Of a DNA stretch of 64,000 nucleotides, positions 47,135 through 57,400 are shown one piece after another; the stretch's first letter is position 1; each line of letters starts with the position of its first letter. The notes below the pieces were generated by a model. It worked only from the letters and a program-made list of their open reading frames with translations, had not been told where the DNA came from and searched no databases. This DNA comes from a virus, in the IMG/VR virus record IMGVR_UViG_3300028840_002190; one strand, written 5' to 3'. The position numbers were made by a program, and so were the translations under genes.

Positions 47135-48181
47135 CTAAATCGCAGGTGTCTCCGTAGCGAACTCATCACCCGGGTCACTGAATGGAGGGTCTCCTTGGGC
47201 GTTCTGGGACTCTCCCTGATCCCAAGACGGAACTGTTTCCGTACCTGAAGGTGGACCCGGAGGTTGATTTGTCTGCTCAGGGTCCAAAGCGTCGGGCATG
47301 TACGTCGTACCGCCTCCGGTGGGATCATAGTTTTCAGTCTGGGAAACCACCGGCTCGTCCTCGCTCACCCCCTCCGGACCTCCAGCTGGAGAATCCACGT
47401 ACGTATTTGTAGCTGCAGCGTTATTCGCTCCACTATCATCCGTATGGTAACCTTCGGGAGCAAAATGCTTCTCATTCACCAGATCTGTCGGTAACCCTTC
47501 GGCCCCGTAAATGATGTTCACACTCTTGACCAGGAGTGAGAAGTCAAACTTGACCGACATCTCCCGACCTGCCTGCAGGGCATAGCGAAAATCCACCATC
47601 GCGCCCTGTACGATCAACGAATCGTACTTCAAGTATAGGACGAGTCCTCTACGCGCTAACTGCGTCCCTCTCGCCAAGTCCCGGAAGATGCGAAGCATGC
47701 GCATCGTCCAATCATCTTGGTAGGTGTTGTAAAGCGTCCCCGTGTAGGTAAACATCGGAGCTTGGGACCCAAAAAAGAAAGCGACATAGTTATCCGATAG
47801 AGTCTCGCAGACCTGCACCTTCTCGTTGAATTGGTGGTTCACCTGTTGGAGGATGAAATCCAAGTAGCCGACACCGCCCTTGCCCGCATCGTCTCCGGTC
47901 AGGTAGGTCGCAATCGTACGTGTATCCGGGTCGTCCAATTCAGCCAAAAACTTATCGTACGAGCCTGGGGGGATGCGGATAAACATCCGCGCCATCGTGT
48001 CAGTGTAGTCCCCTTTACGCGCTGTATGTCTCGACCACTTTTCAGTGAACGTAGGGAACGACGAAAACGTACCGATGGACATCGGATCACGTCCCTCACG
48101 ACGGTTAACCAAAACGGCATCCTGCCAGACAGGGAGTAGAACCGAACGATCAAGCGGGACGATGGCTGTGGGCTTTCCCAT
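47135..48181 (-). CDS. Putative tail-tube initiator / distal tail protein
   Basis: Second gene after the tape measure gene; YVAFFFGSQAPMFTYTGTLYN tube-fold-like pattern. Confidence 0.45.
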   Translation of the reverse strand: MGKPTAIVPLDRSVLLPVWQDAVLVNRREGRDPMSIGTFSSFPTFTEKWSRHTARKGDYTDTMARMFIRIPPGSYDKFLAELDDPDTRTIATYLTGDDAGKGGVGYLDFILQQVNHQFNEKVQVCETLSDNYVAFFFGSQAPMFTYTGTLYNTYQDDWTMRMLRIFRDLARGTQLARRGLVLYLKYDSLIVQGAMVDFRYALQAGREMSVKFDFSLLVKSVNIIYGAEGLPTDLVNEKHFAPEGYHTDDSGANNAAATNTYVDSPAGGPEGVSEDEPVVSQTENYDPTGGGTTYMPDALDPEQTNQPPGPPSGTETVPSWDQGESQNAQGDPPFSDPGDEFATETPAI

Positions 48182-48406
48182 CTACTGCCTCACGGGGAGC
48201 TGCTTATCAGCAACATAGTTACGGAACGGTACAACACCAGTCTCGTTAACAACCATGTAAGCTCTCTGTACCAGGTTAGGCACCGTGAGCTTTGCTTCGT
48301 GACCGTTCCGCAAATTCGCCACGATATTGTAGTTGGCCAAACGGAGCATATTCTCAGGCTTGGGCAACATGTACTGAATGCGGCGATTGATCACGGGGTT
48401 TGGCAT
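48182..48406 (-). CDS. Small hypothetical protein
   Basis: 74-aa ORF filling the gap exactly between the TMP and the next gene. Confidence 0.6.
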   Translation of the reverse strand: MPNPVINRRIQYMLPKPENMLRLANYNIVANLRNGHEAKLTVPNLVQRAYMVVNETGVVPFRNYVADKQLPVRQ

Positions 48407-48411
48407 GGCCT

Positions 48412-51400
48412 CTAGTCTCCTTCGGTCATCCTCTTGAACATATCACTCTCCATGGCTTTTTGCAGCCTCTCAGCACCATCAGCAAACTTCTCGACCGCGG
48501 GCCGGAAATCCTTGAAAGCCTGAGCCATCTCTCCCTGCACGCCCGCCAAGGCCTCGTCAGACTTCTCGAGATCCTCAGCCTCTTTACCTTCGGCCTTGAG
48601 GGTCTCCTCTTCCTTCTTCTTTCGCGCTTCACCTAGAGAAGCTAGACTGTCCATAACCTCGGACTCGAGCTGTGCTCTCTTCTCTGGATCGGTCTCCTTC
48701 TGGAACTGTGCCATCTTTCGAGCCAAGCCCTTGTGCCCAGAACGTGCAAGCTGTCGAAGGTCTCGCTTGGACATCCGCTTAGCAACTTCACCCCCCGTAA
48801 CTTCCCCAGTGGACAGGAGCTCTCCGAGACGGTCAGCACCCTCCCCGCCAATAGCTTCGCGGATGGTCTGGAGTCCCCCACCACCAACAACATCGGCATA
48901 CTGCTGCGACTTGATCGATTCCGCTGAGAGGGTCGTCAGCATACGCATGGACTTGCTAACGTCTCCTGTCTCTCCACCAGCGGCGATACCGCGGAGGCGT
49001 TCTTTGGCTTCATCAGAGACCCCCGACAGAGAGATCTCCGCCTCTTCAACCTTCTTGTTGAACTCTTTCCTAAGCTGCGCTTCCGACTTTCCTGAACCCT
49101 TATTGATGCGCATAAACTCTGCAAGCGCAGCTTTACGCGCAGCAGCGGCCCCCTTCGTGCCTTGACTGGCAGCAACCGTCTTGGCCAACATCGCCGAAGG
49201 CCCCTCAGAAAGCATTTCCCGAACACCGCCTTCACCCTCTACACCTCCCTTAGTGTCGATATCCGCGAGACCGATGTTAGCCGTAAAATCCAATTGGTTT
49301 TCGAGAGCAGTGAGGGTTGCTTTCTTACCCTCCATAATTTCTTCTTGGGCGTCACGCTCTGCAGTCTTAGTAAGAAGGCCCGCTTCAGTCTCAGCAGCAT
49401 CAAATTGAGCTTCATACTCAGGTCCCGCAATGTTCTTAGCTTTGCTAAACACTGCTCCCTGGAATTTCTCGTAGTCCCCCGATGCCTTCATCCGCTTAAT
49501 AGTAGCTTCCACTTCCGAAGCCGGGAGCCCTTCCTCCGCTAAACTAGTACGGATAACTTTATCCAGCTCATCAGGGTTAATCGTCCCGTCATCCAAAAAG
49601 ATGCTGGCAAGACCCCCCTGTTGTCTATTCTTGACGAGGTTCGCAACTTTCCCTGCAGCTCTACTCGCGGCAGCTCCTGAATCAACGCGATTCTTGCTCG
49701 CCTTATCAAGCGCCTCGTACGCCGACGTCCGTCCCGCTACAGTTGCGCCTTTACCAGAGGCGTATGTCGCTGCCCGAGAGAACGCCCGAGCTTTGTTGAC
49801 CTGCGCATTAACCAACAACCGTGCAGTGCGCTCCTCACCCAACATCAAAGACGCTCCAGAACCCATCGCGGATTCGAGACCAGCCCGAGGAACGTTTTCT
49901 AAACCTAAAACGTTGGTCAGAATCGCAGCTCCAGGCATCATAACAGACCCTGCAGCCAGCCCAGCCGATGCCGCTTCAGACGTGTCAAAAGCTCCTGAGT
50001 AGTCCAAAGCTCGAGACACTAAGCGATCACTCGGTCCCCCTGTCACCGTTCTACGTGGACCTTGTAACCCGGCAGCGGAGAGCACCCCACGGTCAACTCC
50101 CCGAGCCTGACGGCGCTCACGGGAGGACGCTACGAGACGCTCGTCCATCCGAGTGATCACACGACCCTCGGCCTCAGCGTCAACGTCCTCTAAGGCGTCC
50201 CCAATGGCTCCAAACGTGCGCCCCACATTCTCGAATCCAGCACCGTAAGCCCTCCCGATCATCCCGAAACCTTTAGACATCTTATCGAATCCAAGACCCC
50301 GGGAGAGGTCTCTACCGATACGCGTCATCGAACCTGGAACACGCTCCTCTGCCTGCTGGCGCTGTCGTCGAGCTAGGCGCTGCTGCTGTTCGTTTATGCG
50401 ATTCCGCTGTGCTTGCCAGAACTGGGGGTTCTGGGCTTCTACCTTCATCTGTTCAGCTACTTCGTTACCAAAGAGCATCCGAGAACCAGCGCCAAACGCC
50501 CCTGCTCCTTGAAGTCTCAACTGCCTGCCCGTCTGCAACGACATCTGAAAACGCATCGCAGTCAGCTGCTCGGGCGTCATGTTCTCCGCAGCTTCAGTCT
50601 GTAAGCGACGCTGCTGTAAGGGGAAGAGGGCCAAAGCCCCTACGCCGCCCTGCTGGACAGCGTTACCCATGTTCGACACAGCTTGGCGCACCATCCCCGC
50701 ACCGCCCCCCGCGCCCATACCGCCGAGTGCTCCCTGATTCAGCCCGAAACCTCCAGCCCCGTACTGTCCAGCCGCAGCTCCAAAAAGGGGCATCGACAAC
50801 ATGGCAGCCTGAGCTTGCATATTCCGCTGTGCCACACCCTGGACGCCTCCAAGAAGTGCGAGCTCACGCGGCTGGAACGTCCCCGTAGCTACAGCCTGGC
50901 GTGCAGCGGCAGCGGAATGCATACCGTAAGTCATTCCCGAACCACCTGACAATCCCGCCTGCTGGAACGTAGCAGCCCCTGCCATACCCATCTGCTTGAT
51001 ACCTGCAATAGAAGCGCCTGCAGCACGAGAGTAGCGGTTCATGGACTGTGCCGCTTCCTCCATGTCATCCAGTGACATGCCGAGCTGCTTCATCTGTCCC
51101 AGCTCGCGGAGCACGTTCACCATGTCCGGATCCTGAGTGAGTTGCATGTATTTACGAAGAGTGCGGCTCACATTCTTGATGTTCTTTCGGACTCCCTCGA
51201 TGTCCTGCGACTCGTCCAGGAGGCCTGAACGTCCGGACTCCTGAGTGATCTTCATTAGATCACTACGGTTGAACATGTCCCCAGTATCCCGCTTGAAAGA
51301 CCTGTCCTTCGACAAGTCCTGTATCTCTTCCGCTAAGCGGATAGAGGCGTCGCGGTTGAATCCACGACCAGTGGAGTGCGTGTCTTGACCTGACACCACC

Positions 51401-52140
51401 CAGTCCTGTGACATGCGCCTAAGCGCTGAGCCCATCTGACGACGCTCTATCATCGGCTGAAATGGACGCATGGCCAGATTGCCAAGACCTTGCGCAACAC
51501 CACTCGTTTGACCTAGAATTCCGCCAGCAATGGCACCCAGTGGGCCTCCGATAGCTCCTCCTAGCGCCGCTGCACCCCCGACCCCTATGCCTTGACCAAT
51601 AACTCGAGGTGCTTGTACCGCACGGGAAAAGAACTGGTCCTTCTCCATGTCTTGCATCCGCGCAGCACGGTCCTCCGGAAGCTGAAACATCGGAGAGGTA
51701 GGCATCGGAGTAAACGGGGTACGGATAGGAGGAGTCATCGGTTGGGGTGGAAGAGGCGCAAACATCGGACCTTGTGGTCGAGTACGGTAAACTCCTGTGG
51801 ACGGAGGAGTCATCATTACGGGGGACGGGAGCATTCCCGGAGCGTACCCCTGACCTCCGGACATGGCTTGAGCTATATACGGATTGAATGACTGTTGTGA
51901 CTGAATAGATTCGAACCGCTGCCGAAATTGCGCACCAAAAACGGAAGCTCCACCGCCTCCCCCACCTCCCCAATTACTCGGAGGCATCCCAGCAGACATC
52001 GCGGATACACGCTGCTGCGCTGACTGACTGACGAGCATTCGAGCTGCATCACCTGGAGAAGGGGGCTGCGCCATCGGCGTAACGCCCAGGTGAGCCTGCA
52101 TCGCGTTGTAACCGCTGTATGGGTCATTCGGATCCGGCAT
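48412..52140 (-). CDS. Tape measure protein
   Basis: 1242 aa, Ala/Gly/Gln/Met-rich and helical; follows a frameshifted chaperone pair. Confidence 0.85.
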   Translation of the reverse strand: MPDPNDPYSGYNAMQAHLGVTPMAQPPSPGDAARMLVSQSAQQRVSAMSAGMPPSNWGGGGGGGASVFGAQFRQRFESIQSQQSFNPYIAQAMSGGQGYAPGMLPSPVMMTPPSTGVYRTRPQGPMFAPLPPQPMTPPIRTPFTPMPTSPMFQLPEDRAARMQDMEKDQFFSRAVQAPRVIGQGIGVGGAAALGGAIGGPLGAIAGGILGQTSGVAQGLGNLAMRPFQPMIERRQMGSALRRMSQDWVVSGQDTHSTGRGFNRDASIRLAEEIQDLSKDRSFKRDTGDMFNRSDLMKITQESGRSGLLDESQDIEGVRKNIKNVSRTLRKYMQLTQDPDMVNVLRELGQMKQLGMSLDDMEEAAQSMNRYSRAAGASIAGIKQMGMAGAATFQQAGLSGGSGMTYGMHSAAAARQAVATGTFQPRELALLGGVQGVAQRNMQAQAAMLSMPLFGAAAGQYGAGGFGLNQGALGGMGAGGGAGMVRQAVSNMGNAVQQGGVGALALFPLQQRRLQTEAAENMTPEQLTAMRFQMSLQTGRQLRLQGAGAFGAGSRMLFGNEVAEQMKVEAQNPQFWQAQRNRINEQQQRLARRQRQQAEERVPGSMTRIGRDLSRGLGFDKMSKGFGMIGRAYGAGFENVGRTFGAIGDALEDVDAEAEGRVITRMDERLVASSRERRQARGVDRGVLSAAGLQGPRRTVTGGPSDRLVSRALDYSGAFDTSEAASAGLAAGSVMMPGAAILTNVLGLENVPRAGLESAMGSGASLMLGEERTARLLVNAQVNKARAFSRAATYASGKGATVAGRTSAYEALDKASKNRVDSGAAASRAAGKVANLVKNRQQGGLASIFLDDGTINPDELDKVIRTSLAEEGLPASEVEATIKRMKASGDYEKFQGAVFSKAKNIAGPEYEAQFDAAETEAGLLTKTAERDAQEEIMEGKKATLTALENQLDFTANIGLADIDTKGGVEGEGGVREMLSEGPSAMLAKTVAASQGTKGAAAARKAALAEFMRINKGSGKSEAQLRKEFNKKVEEAEISLSGVSDEAKERLRGIAAGGETGDVSKSMRMLTTLSAESIKSQQYADVVGGGGLQTIREAIGGEGADRLGELLSTGEVTGGEVAKRMSKRDLRQLARSGHKGLARKMAQFQKETDPEKRAQLESEVMDSLASLGEARKKKEEETLKAEGKEAEDLEKSDEALAGVQGEMAQAFKDFRPAVEKFADGAERLQKAMESDMFKRMTEGD

Positions 52141-52510
52141 TTAGTGCTTCCTCGAACTCGTCATCAGTGACCGTCATCTTCTCGAGTCTAGTCATTCGGC
52201 GAGTCATCTCTTGCGCCTCACGCATACGCCGCATCGCACGCCTCTGACGTGCCGTCTCGTACCCCAAATTATACCGGTCCTGGCTCACTTCCTCCCGGTA
52301 CTCTTCGATGATCTCGTCAACGACATCAACGTCCACTCCTCGACCTATCGTACACGCCTGAACAATCAACCTTGCAAACGCAATCTTCTCGTTTCGCTCT
52401 CGGACCATCAGGGCCGTCACTACGCGCTCCTGAAACGACCCGGGCGGCGGAAGCGGATGGCCCTTGTAGAAGGCCCACGCGCGGAGCTTACCCGCCGCCG
52501 TACTTAAAAA
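52124..52510 (-). CDS. Tail assembly chaperone, -1 frameshift extension (GT-like)
   Basis: The -1 frame is open from 52510 (TTT TTA AGT ACG...) into the 52124-52420 ORF; the GTG at 52420 has no evident RBS. Confidence 0.7.
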   Translation of the reverse strand, partial: FLSTAAGKLRAWAFYKGHPLPPPGSFQERVVTALMVRERNEKIAFARLIVQACTIGRGVDVDVVDEIIEEYREEVSQDRYNLGYETARQRRAMRRMREAQEMTRRMTRLEKMTVTDDEFEEALNAGSE

Positions 52511-53142
52511 TCCTCGGGGGCACCTTCCGCAAACACGGCCTGGAGTTTAACGTCCATGTTGTAAACCGCAGTACTCAACTTCCCCACCATAATAGAAGGG
52601 AGGGTCTGAAGAAAATTCAGACGCTTGTCGAACGCCTCCTCAATTTCTTCACGAGGGGCATCTGCCCGATCTTCGGGATGCTCAAACTTGTGCTCCCCAA
52701 ATTGGACCAGAGAAGCAGCAGCATTGTAGCGCAGCACAATCTCATCCATGCTCGTCGCATAGGTAGGGTTCTCTGCCTCCAAATACTGCTGTGTCCGCAA
52801 AGTGTCCCGGTAGTTACGTGAACGAATCACAATCGGCTTACCTCGGAGTTCTCGAGTCTCTGTGTAATGGCCGTGTGCCAAGACTTCGTCCATGATGGCT
52901 CGCGCCTTGTTGATGTCGAGCCCTACCTCTTTCAGACCTTCCAGGAACTCCTTTTCTACGTCCTCAGGCGTCTGCGGTTTAAACCCTACCTCTTCTTCCC
53001 CTGGCTCTTCCGAGCTAGAGGCCTCCGTCTCCGGTTCCTCCTCGGAGTCTTTACGTCGTAAAGCTACCCGAGGGGCATTCGTCGGCGGTCCGGAAAACTG
53101 ACCGATCATAGGGGCGGCGCGGTCACTCTTTTCGTCTGTCAT
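52504..53142 (-). CDS. Tail assembly chaperone (G-like)
   Basis: Acidic 212 aa with GGAG RBS; ends GAT TTT TAA; upstream of the TMP. Confidence 0.75.
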   Translation of the reverse strand: MTDEKSDRAAPMIGQFSGPPTNAPRVALRRKDSEEEPETEASSSEEPGEEEVGFKPQTPEDVEKEFLEGLKEVGLDINKARAIMDEVLAHGHYTETRELRGKPIVIRSRNYRDTLRTQQYLEAENPTYATSMDEIVLRYNAAASLVQFGEHKFEHPEDRADAPREEIEEAFDKRLNFLQTLPSIMVGKLSTAVYNMDVKLQAVFAEGAPEDF

Positions 53143-53168
53143 GGAGTCCTCCTATATACGTTGACGAT

Positions 53169-53197
53169 TTCGACTATACCGAAAAGCGTGGTATAAG
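53169..53197 (+). promoter_or_regulatory. Possible sigma70-type promoter (extended -10)
   Basis: TTCGAC-17 nt-TATAAG with TG at the extended position, in the divergent gap before udg. Confidence 0.4.
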
Positions 53198-53231
53198 GAA
53201 AGAAGTTCCCCCCTCCAAAGGAAGGCCGCCA

Positions 53232-53798
53232 ATGCGCTTTAGAGACAAAGTCCGTACGTGTGAGCTGTGCCCTGACCTCGCCTCTTCTCGACAGAATGTC
53301 GTTATCGGTGTCGGACCGGTTCCATGCCCCCTCGTCTTTTTGGGTGAAGCACCAGGGAAGAAGGAAGACGAGAAAGGGACCCCCTTTATCGGGGCTTCCG
53401 GAACGCACCTGCGTAACGTACTGAAACTGCTAGGACTAGACGCAAAACAGTACCACATCCTGAACATGCTGAAGTGCCGTCCTCCGGATAACAGGGACCC
53501 CCTACCCGAGGAGATGGAAAACTGCCGTCCCTACCTCCTCCACCAAATCAGATCCCTACGTCCCAAGGTCATTGTTCCTCTAGGACGGTACGCGCTGTCC
53601 TTCGCACTCGATACGAAACCATCAGGGATTACCGTGTCGCAACATGTGGGACGCGTCATCACTAGAAAAGACTTTCCAGACATACGATTCATCGGAACCT
53701 ACCACCCCGCATTTGTACTCCGGAAACGTCACACAGATGTTGAAAAAGCATTCCGTAGACATCTGAAGAAAGCTAAGAGGTACGCCTATGAAGTGTAA
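53232..53798 (+). CDS. udg: Uracil-DNA glycosylase, family 4
   Basis: CELC, GEAPG, KCRPPDNRDP, TYHPAF. Confidence 0.92.
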   Translation: MRFRDKVRTCELCPDLASSRQNVVIGVGPVPCPLVFLGEAPGKKEDEKGTPFIGASGTHLRNVLKLLGLDAKQYHILNMLKCRPPDNRDPLPEEMENCRPYLLHQIRSLRPKVIVPLGRYALSFALDTKPSGITVSQHVGRVITRKDFPDIRFIGTYHPAFVLRKRHTDVEKAFRRHLKKAKRYAYEV

Positions 53799-56040
53799 AG
53801 GCTGTGGGTACGTCATCGCTTACGACCCAGAACGAGAAGGTAAAGACGAAACCTGCGTCATTTGCGGGGAACGCTATCGGGATGATCCCGACGACATCCT
53901 TCTACACGGCAAGTACGGAATCGCTCGTGAAGTACGCCCGACACAGGCGGATATGGCGCGAGAAATTGACGATCTCATTTACCGTGATGCCCGTGGGACC
54001 CTCTACGCTGAAGGGGGTACGGGCATTGGCAAGTCATTCGCTTACCTGATCCCCGCCATCCTCGCCGGAAAACGTGTAGTCGTATCCACCGCAAAGAAAA
54101 GTTTGCAACACCAACTCGTGGAGAAAGACCTTCCACTCCTAGCCAGCAAAATGGGAAAGGACATCCAGTTCGGAGTGTACAAGGGAAAAGCGAACTACGG
54201 CTGCGTCAAGTGCGCGTCGAGCATCAAGACCAAAGTCGACCGGAACGAGTTCATCGACTGGGCAACCAAACTCATGATGCAACACGAAGCTGCCGATATC
54301 GCTAAATGGCCCGGGTCTCGACCGAAATGGTGGGACGATATTACCGTCGAAAACTGCCCTCAGAAAAGAGGGGGTTGTGAACACGCTGAGTACTGTAAGC
54401 CTCAACCTAAAGAGTGGGACATTATTGTCGTCAACCACACGCTTATGGCTATCGATCTCCTAATGGGGACCCAACCTGGGTTCCTTATCGGGGACTACCC
54501 CATCGTAGTCATCGACGAGGCTCACAAGGCTCCAGAGATGTTCCGCTCCGCCGTAACTGAATCCATCACGTTGTGGAGTACGAGTACCCTGCTGAAGCGT
54601 TTCGAGAATGATGACGAGCTGCACGCAGAACTCTCAATGTACGGGCGCATATCAGAAAAAGAAGCACGTAAAGCATTTACGCAAATTCGAGACATCTTCA
54701 AGGATATGCACGAGCGCGCCTTCCGGGGAGCCTCCTCTCCTAAAGAGACGATACGACTCCGTAGCCTCCTGCCCTTCAAAGATTCGGCTACGAAACTTCA
54801 AGAAGAAGTGGGGGAACTGAAAAAGAGACTCGGGGACACTTCCAAGGGCCTTTACGCAGACATTGAAAACCATAATACCAGCACCCCCATCGAGAAGGCT
54901 CAGGCGGTACTGGGGAGAATGGAAAAGCTCACGCGTAAGCTGCAAATGCTCCACGACATTGTCGGGAGTCTCCTAGATGAAATCGCAGTGGAAGAAGCCA
55001 GACAGAAACTCGATGAAGCCCCCAAAGAGGGGAACTGGATTATCATCGTGGACGACAAGGGAATCCACCGTAAACCCGTCCACATAGGAAATGTCTGTGG
55101 TAAGGCGCTGGCTAGCCGTCTAACACATCGGATCATCGTGTCGGCCACTCTGACCATCGGTGGAAACTTCGAATTCATGCGTAAAGAATTCGGAATCGAC
55201 GACGCCATCGTCAAACTAGCGTCCACCGATAAGGAGCACTCTGTCGAAGCCGTCTACGCAAGCCCGTTCGACCTGAAGGACCAAGCGTTACTCTACACTC
55301 CCGCAACAATCCCCGTCCCAGCACATCCCAACACCGAACGGCGCCACGATTGGATAACGGCTATCACGCAGGAGATTGAACGACTAGTCCTCGCCTCACA
55401 AGGAGACGCCTTCGTGCTGTTCTCTGCTAAAGCGGACCTGAATGAAGTGCTAGCGGGCATAGACGAGCAGAACCTCCTATCCCACGGAATCAAGATCCAC
55501 GCACACATCAACGACATAGACGCTCAAAAGTTAACTCAGGACTTCATGAAGACTCCCTCGAGTGTTCTCTTCGGATTGAAATCGTTCTGGGAAGGCGTAG
55601 ACATCCCAGGAGACAAGCTGCGCCTCGTAGTAATCCCGAAACTACCCTTCCCCAACCCTAAAGACCCCGTCATAGAAGCGTTGTCTGAGTTAGCAAAAGT
55701 TAAAGGAGAGAACTCCTTCATTACCGTCTCCGTCCCCCAGATGCTCTTCGACCTTAAGCAAGCGGTAGGGCGTCTCATCCGCACCAAAACAGATAAAGGC
55801 GTTGTAGCTATCCTTGATTCCAGAGTCTGGACCGGAACATCCAACCAACTCAAGCATGAAAGAACTCTCGCTGATATCCGGCGTATGCGCGCCTTCTTAC
55901 GGGACAACCCTGACCAACGAGCACGCTTCAAAGACGAAGGGTCTTACCGAGGATACGGTAAGCGTGCAGTAGACGCTACGGGCTTCCTTACGCGAACACC
56001 CTCCTTTACAAAGGCTGAAGCGTTTGTTAAGAAGTCTTAA
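53788..56040 (+). CDS. dinG: DinG/YoaA-family SF2 helicase with Fe-S cysteines and N-terminal Zn ribbon
   Basis: GGTGIGKS, DEAH, SATL, WEGVDIPG, QAVGRLIR. Confidence 0.9.
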   Translation: MKCKGCGYVIAYDPEREGKDETCVICGERYRDDPDDILLHGKYGIAREVRPTQADMAREIDDLIYRDARGTLYAEGGTGIGKSFAYLIPAILAGKRVVVSTAKKSLQHQLVEKDLPLLASKMGKDIQFGVYKGKANYGCVKCASSIKTKVDRNEFIDWATKLMMQHEAADIAKWPGSRPKWWDDITVENCPQKRGGCEHAEYCKPQPKEWDIIVVNHTLMAIDLLMGTQPGFLIGDYPIVVIDEAHKAPEMFRSAVTESITLWSTSTLLKRFENDDELHAELSMYGRISEKEARKAFTQIRDIFKDMHERAFRGASSPKETIRLRSLLPFKDSATKLQEEVGELKKRLGDTSKGLYADIENHNTSTPIEKAQAVLGRMEKLTRKLQMLHDIVGSLLDEIAVEEARQKLDEAPKEGNWIIIVDDKGIHRKPVHIGNVCGKALASRLTHRIIVSATLTIGGNFEFMRKEFGIDDAIVKLASTDKEHSVEAVYASPFDLKDQALLYTPATIPVPAHPNTERRHDWITAITQEIERLVLASQGDAFVLFSAKADLNEVLAGIDEQNLLSHGIKIHAHINDIDAQKLTQDFMKTPSSVLFGLKSFWEGVDIPGDKLRLVVIPKLPFPNPKDPVIEALSELAKVKGENSFITVSVPQMLFDLKQAVGRLIRTKTDKGVVAILDSRVWTGTSNQLKHERTLADIRRMRAFLRDNPDQRARFKDEGSYRGYGKRAVDATGFLTRTPSFTKAEAFVKKS

Positions 56041-56076
56041 AGGCCGCTTAACGACACCCTGAGTAAGGAGGACCCA

Positions 56077-56241
56077 ATGGCCCGAAAAGAAGGTAGCAAA
56101 GTAATCACGTGTCCGAACCCAGCAAAAGGCAAGAAGCGCTGCGGCGCTACCTTGGTGGTGACGCCCGGACAGTGGAAGGTCTGCACACACTGCGGCTACA
56201 AGTTTCGCGCGACCAAGAAGCTCATCGAAGAGCAAAAATAG
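56077..56241 (+). CDS. 54-aa Zn-ribbon protein (below the ORF-track cutoff)
   Basis: AAGGAGGA RBS; MARKEGSKVITCPNPAKGKKRCGATLVVTPGQWKVCTHCGYKF... Confidence 0.75.
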   Translation: MARKEGSKVITCPNPAKGKKRCGATLVVTPGQWKVCTHCGYKFRATKKLIEEQK

Positions 56242-56260
56242 CTACCACTACCCTCCTTGG

Positions 56261-56310
56261 CGGCTAGGTTGTTGATGACCGCCTCTCATCCAACCTAGCC
56301 GTTTCTTTTT
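56261..56310 (+). terminator. Probable intrinsic terminator
   Basis: CGGCTAGGTTG/CAACCTAGCCG 11-bp stem with inner GATGA/TCATC, followed by TTTCTTTTT. Confidence 0.7.
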
Positions 56311-56318
56311 GCTCCCGC

Positions 56319-56347
56319 TTGACGGTAAACCCGGTAACCGGCATAAC
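56319..56347 (+). promoter_or_regulatory. Possible sigma70-type promoter
   Basis: TTGACG-17 nt-CATAAC right after the terminator; ATG lies 6 nt downstream. Confidence 0.45.
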
Positions 56348-56353
56348 GAGTCT

Positions 56354-56713
56354 ATGAGACGCATCGTTATCGGAATCGGCACTACTAGGCCGGATAAGCA
56401 GCCATGCATCGCATGTGGCTGCGCTGCGTATACAGGGCAAGAGCCTTACCCTAAGACACTCAGTAACCTGCTAGAACACGTACTGTGTTGGACAGCCACG
56501 ACGCACGACGACGCTGAAACCGCGATAAAAGCGGTAACGTGGCGACTAGTTGAAAAACTGTACTTGGTAAAGACCCTCACTTCCCCCGAACTCGAACACG
56601 TCAGAATCCTCCTGAAGCCCCGCTACCGTGACGTTGAGTTTCCCTGTGACACGCTCATCGTAAGAAGTCATTGGTTGATTTCTGCCTCCAACATGTTGTT
56701 AAATGACCTTTAG
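56354..56713 (+). CDS. Hypothetical protein
   Basis: ATG at 56354; CIACGC motif. Confidence 0.6.
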   Translation: MRRIVIGIGTTRPDKQPCIACGCAAYTGQEPYPKTLSNLLEHVLCWTATTHDDAETAIKAVTWRLVEKLYLVKTLTSPELEHVRILLKPRYRDVEFPCDTLIVRSHWLISASNMLLNDL

Positions 56714-56727
56714 GGAGGAGAACCGCC

Positions 56728-56958
56728 ATGAACGATGTCGCGTCAGAGCATCTGCGCCCTCACTGTGAGACCTGGATTTGCGGAAAGTGCCGCAAAGAAA
56801 TACAGAAGGGCGACCGGGTAATGCAAGTGTTCATAGCCCTAGGAAAAGGGCGTAATCCTACGAACGTGATGGAGATGGGGATGGAGCTCGCTCCTGAATG
56901 GGAGCTAGTACACGTCAACTGCAACGATCCCACTCTCGTCAAAGGGCTTAAAACTTGA
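56728..56958 (+). CDS. Small Zn-binding hypothetical protein
   Basis: GGAGGA RBS; CGKC...HVNC. Confidence 0.65.
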   Translation: MNDVASEHLRPHCETWICGKCRKEIQKGDRVMQVFIALGKGRNPTNVMEMGMELAPEWELVHVNCNDPTLVKGLKT

Positions 56959-57398
56959 AACCCAAACCGACAGGCATCGTTGATCCTTTCAACGAACCTA
57001 AACCGAAGGCTGACCTCCCGTCACCGTACGACGACCCTTACGGTACTGCGGATGAGGAAAAGTTTCTCCGACGTCCTGCGACATTAGACCTTGATGGGGA
57101 CAGTTACGTCGTACGATTCGAAGGAGGTATAACTCCCGACAAGGCTACTGAGGCACTAGTACGACTACTTTACGACGTAAATTCCGAAGCACACATGCAC
57201 TTGGAAGTTCATGGCATCGTCGTAGGGCGCGAAGAAGAAGAGAGCTTGATACTGAAAACTCCGTACGGAACCGTCAGTGTTTACCGCGATGGGGACGACG
57301 AGAGCTTGGTCTTCCGACGTATCGGATTTGCCCTTTGGAGCCTCCCGAATAAGAGGGTCCTAGACAAGCATCAGGTCAAAATCATCAAGAGAGGGTAA
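56955..57398 (+). CDS. Hypothetical protein
   Basis: TTG start overlapping the previous stop; 147 aa. Confidence 0.6.
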   Translation: MKPKPTGIVDPFNEPKPKADLPSPYDDPYGTADEEKFLRRPATLDLDGDSYVVRFEGGITPDKATEALVRLLYDVNSEAHMHLEVHGIVVGREEEESLILKTPYGTVSVYRDGDDESLVFRRIGFALWSLPNKRVLDKHQVKIIKRG

Positions 57399-57400
57399 CC

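Noticed and set aside
56331-56341. Sixth G-NUA-C hairpin (minus strand CCGGTTACCGG)
   Set aside because: Stem is only 4 bp, there is no a1/a2 context, and it sits in a promoter spacer.
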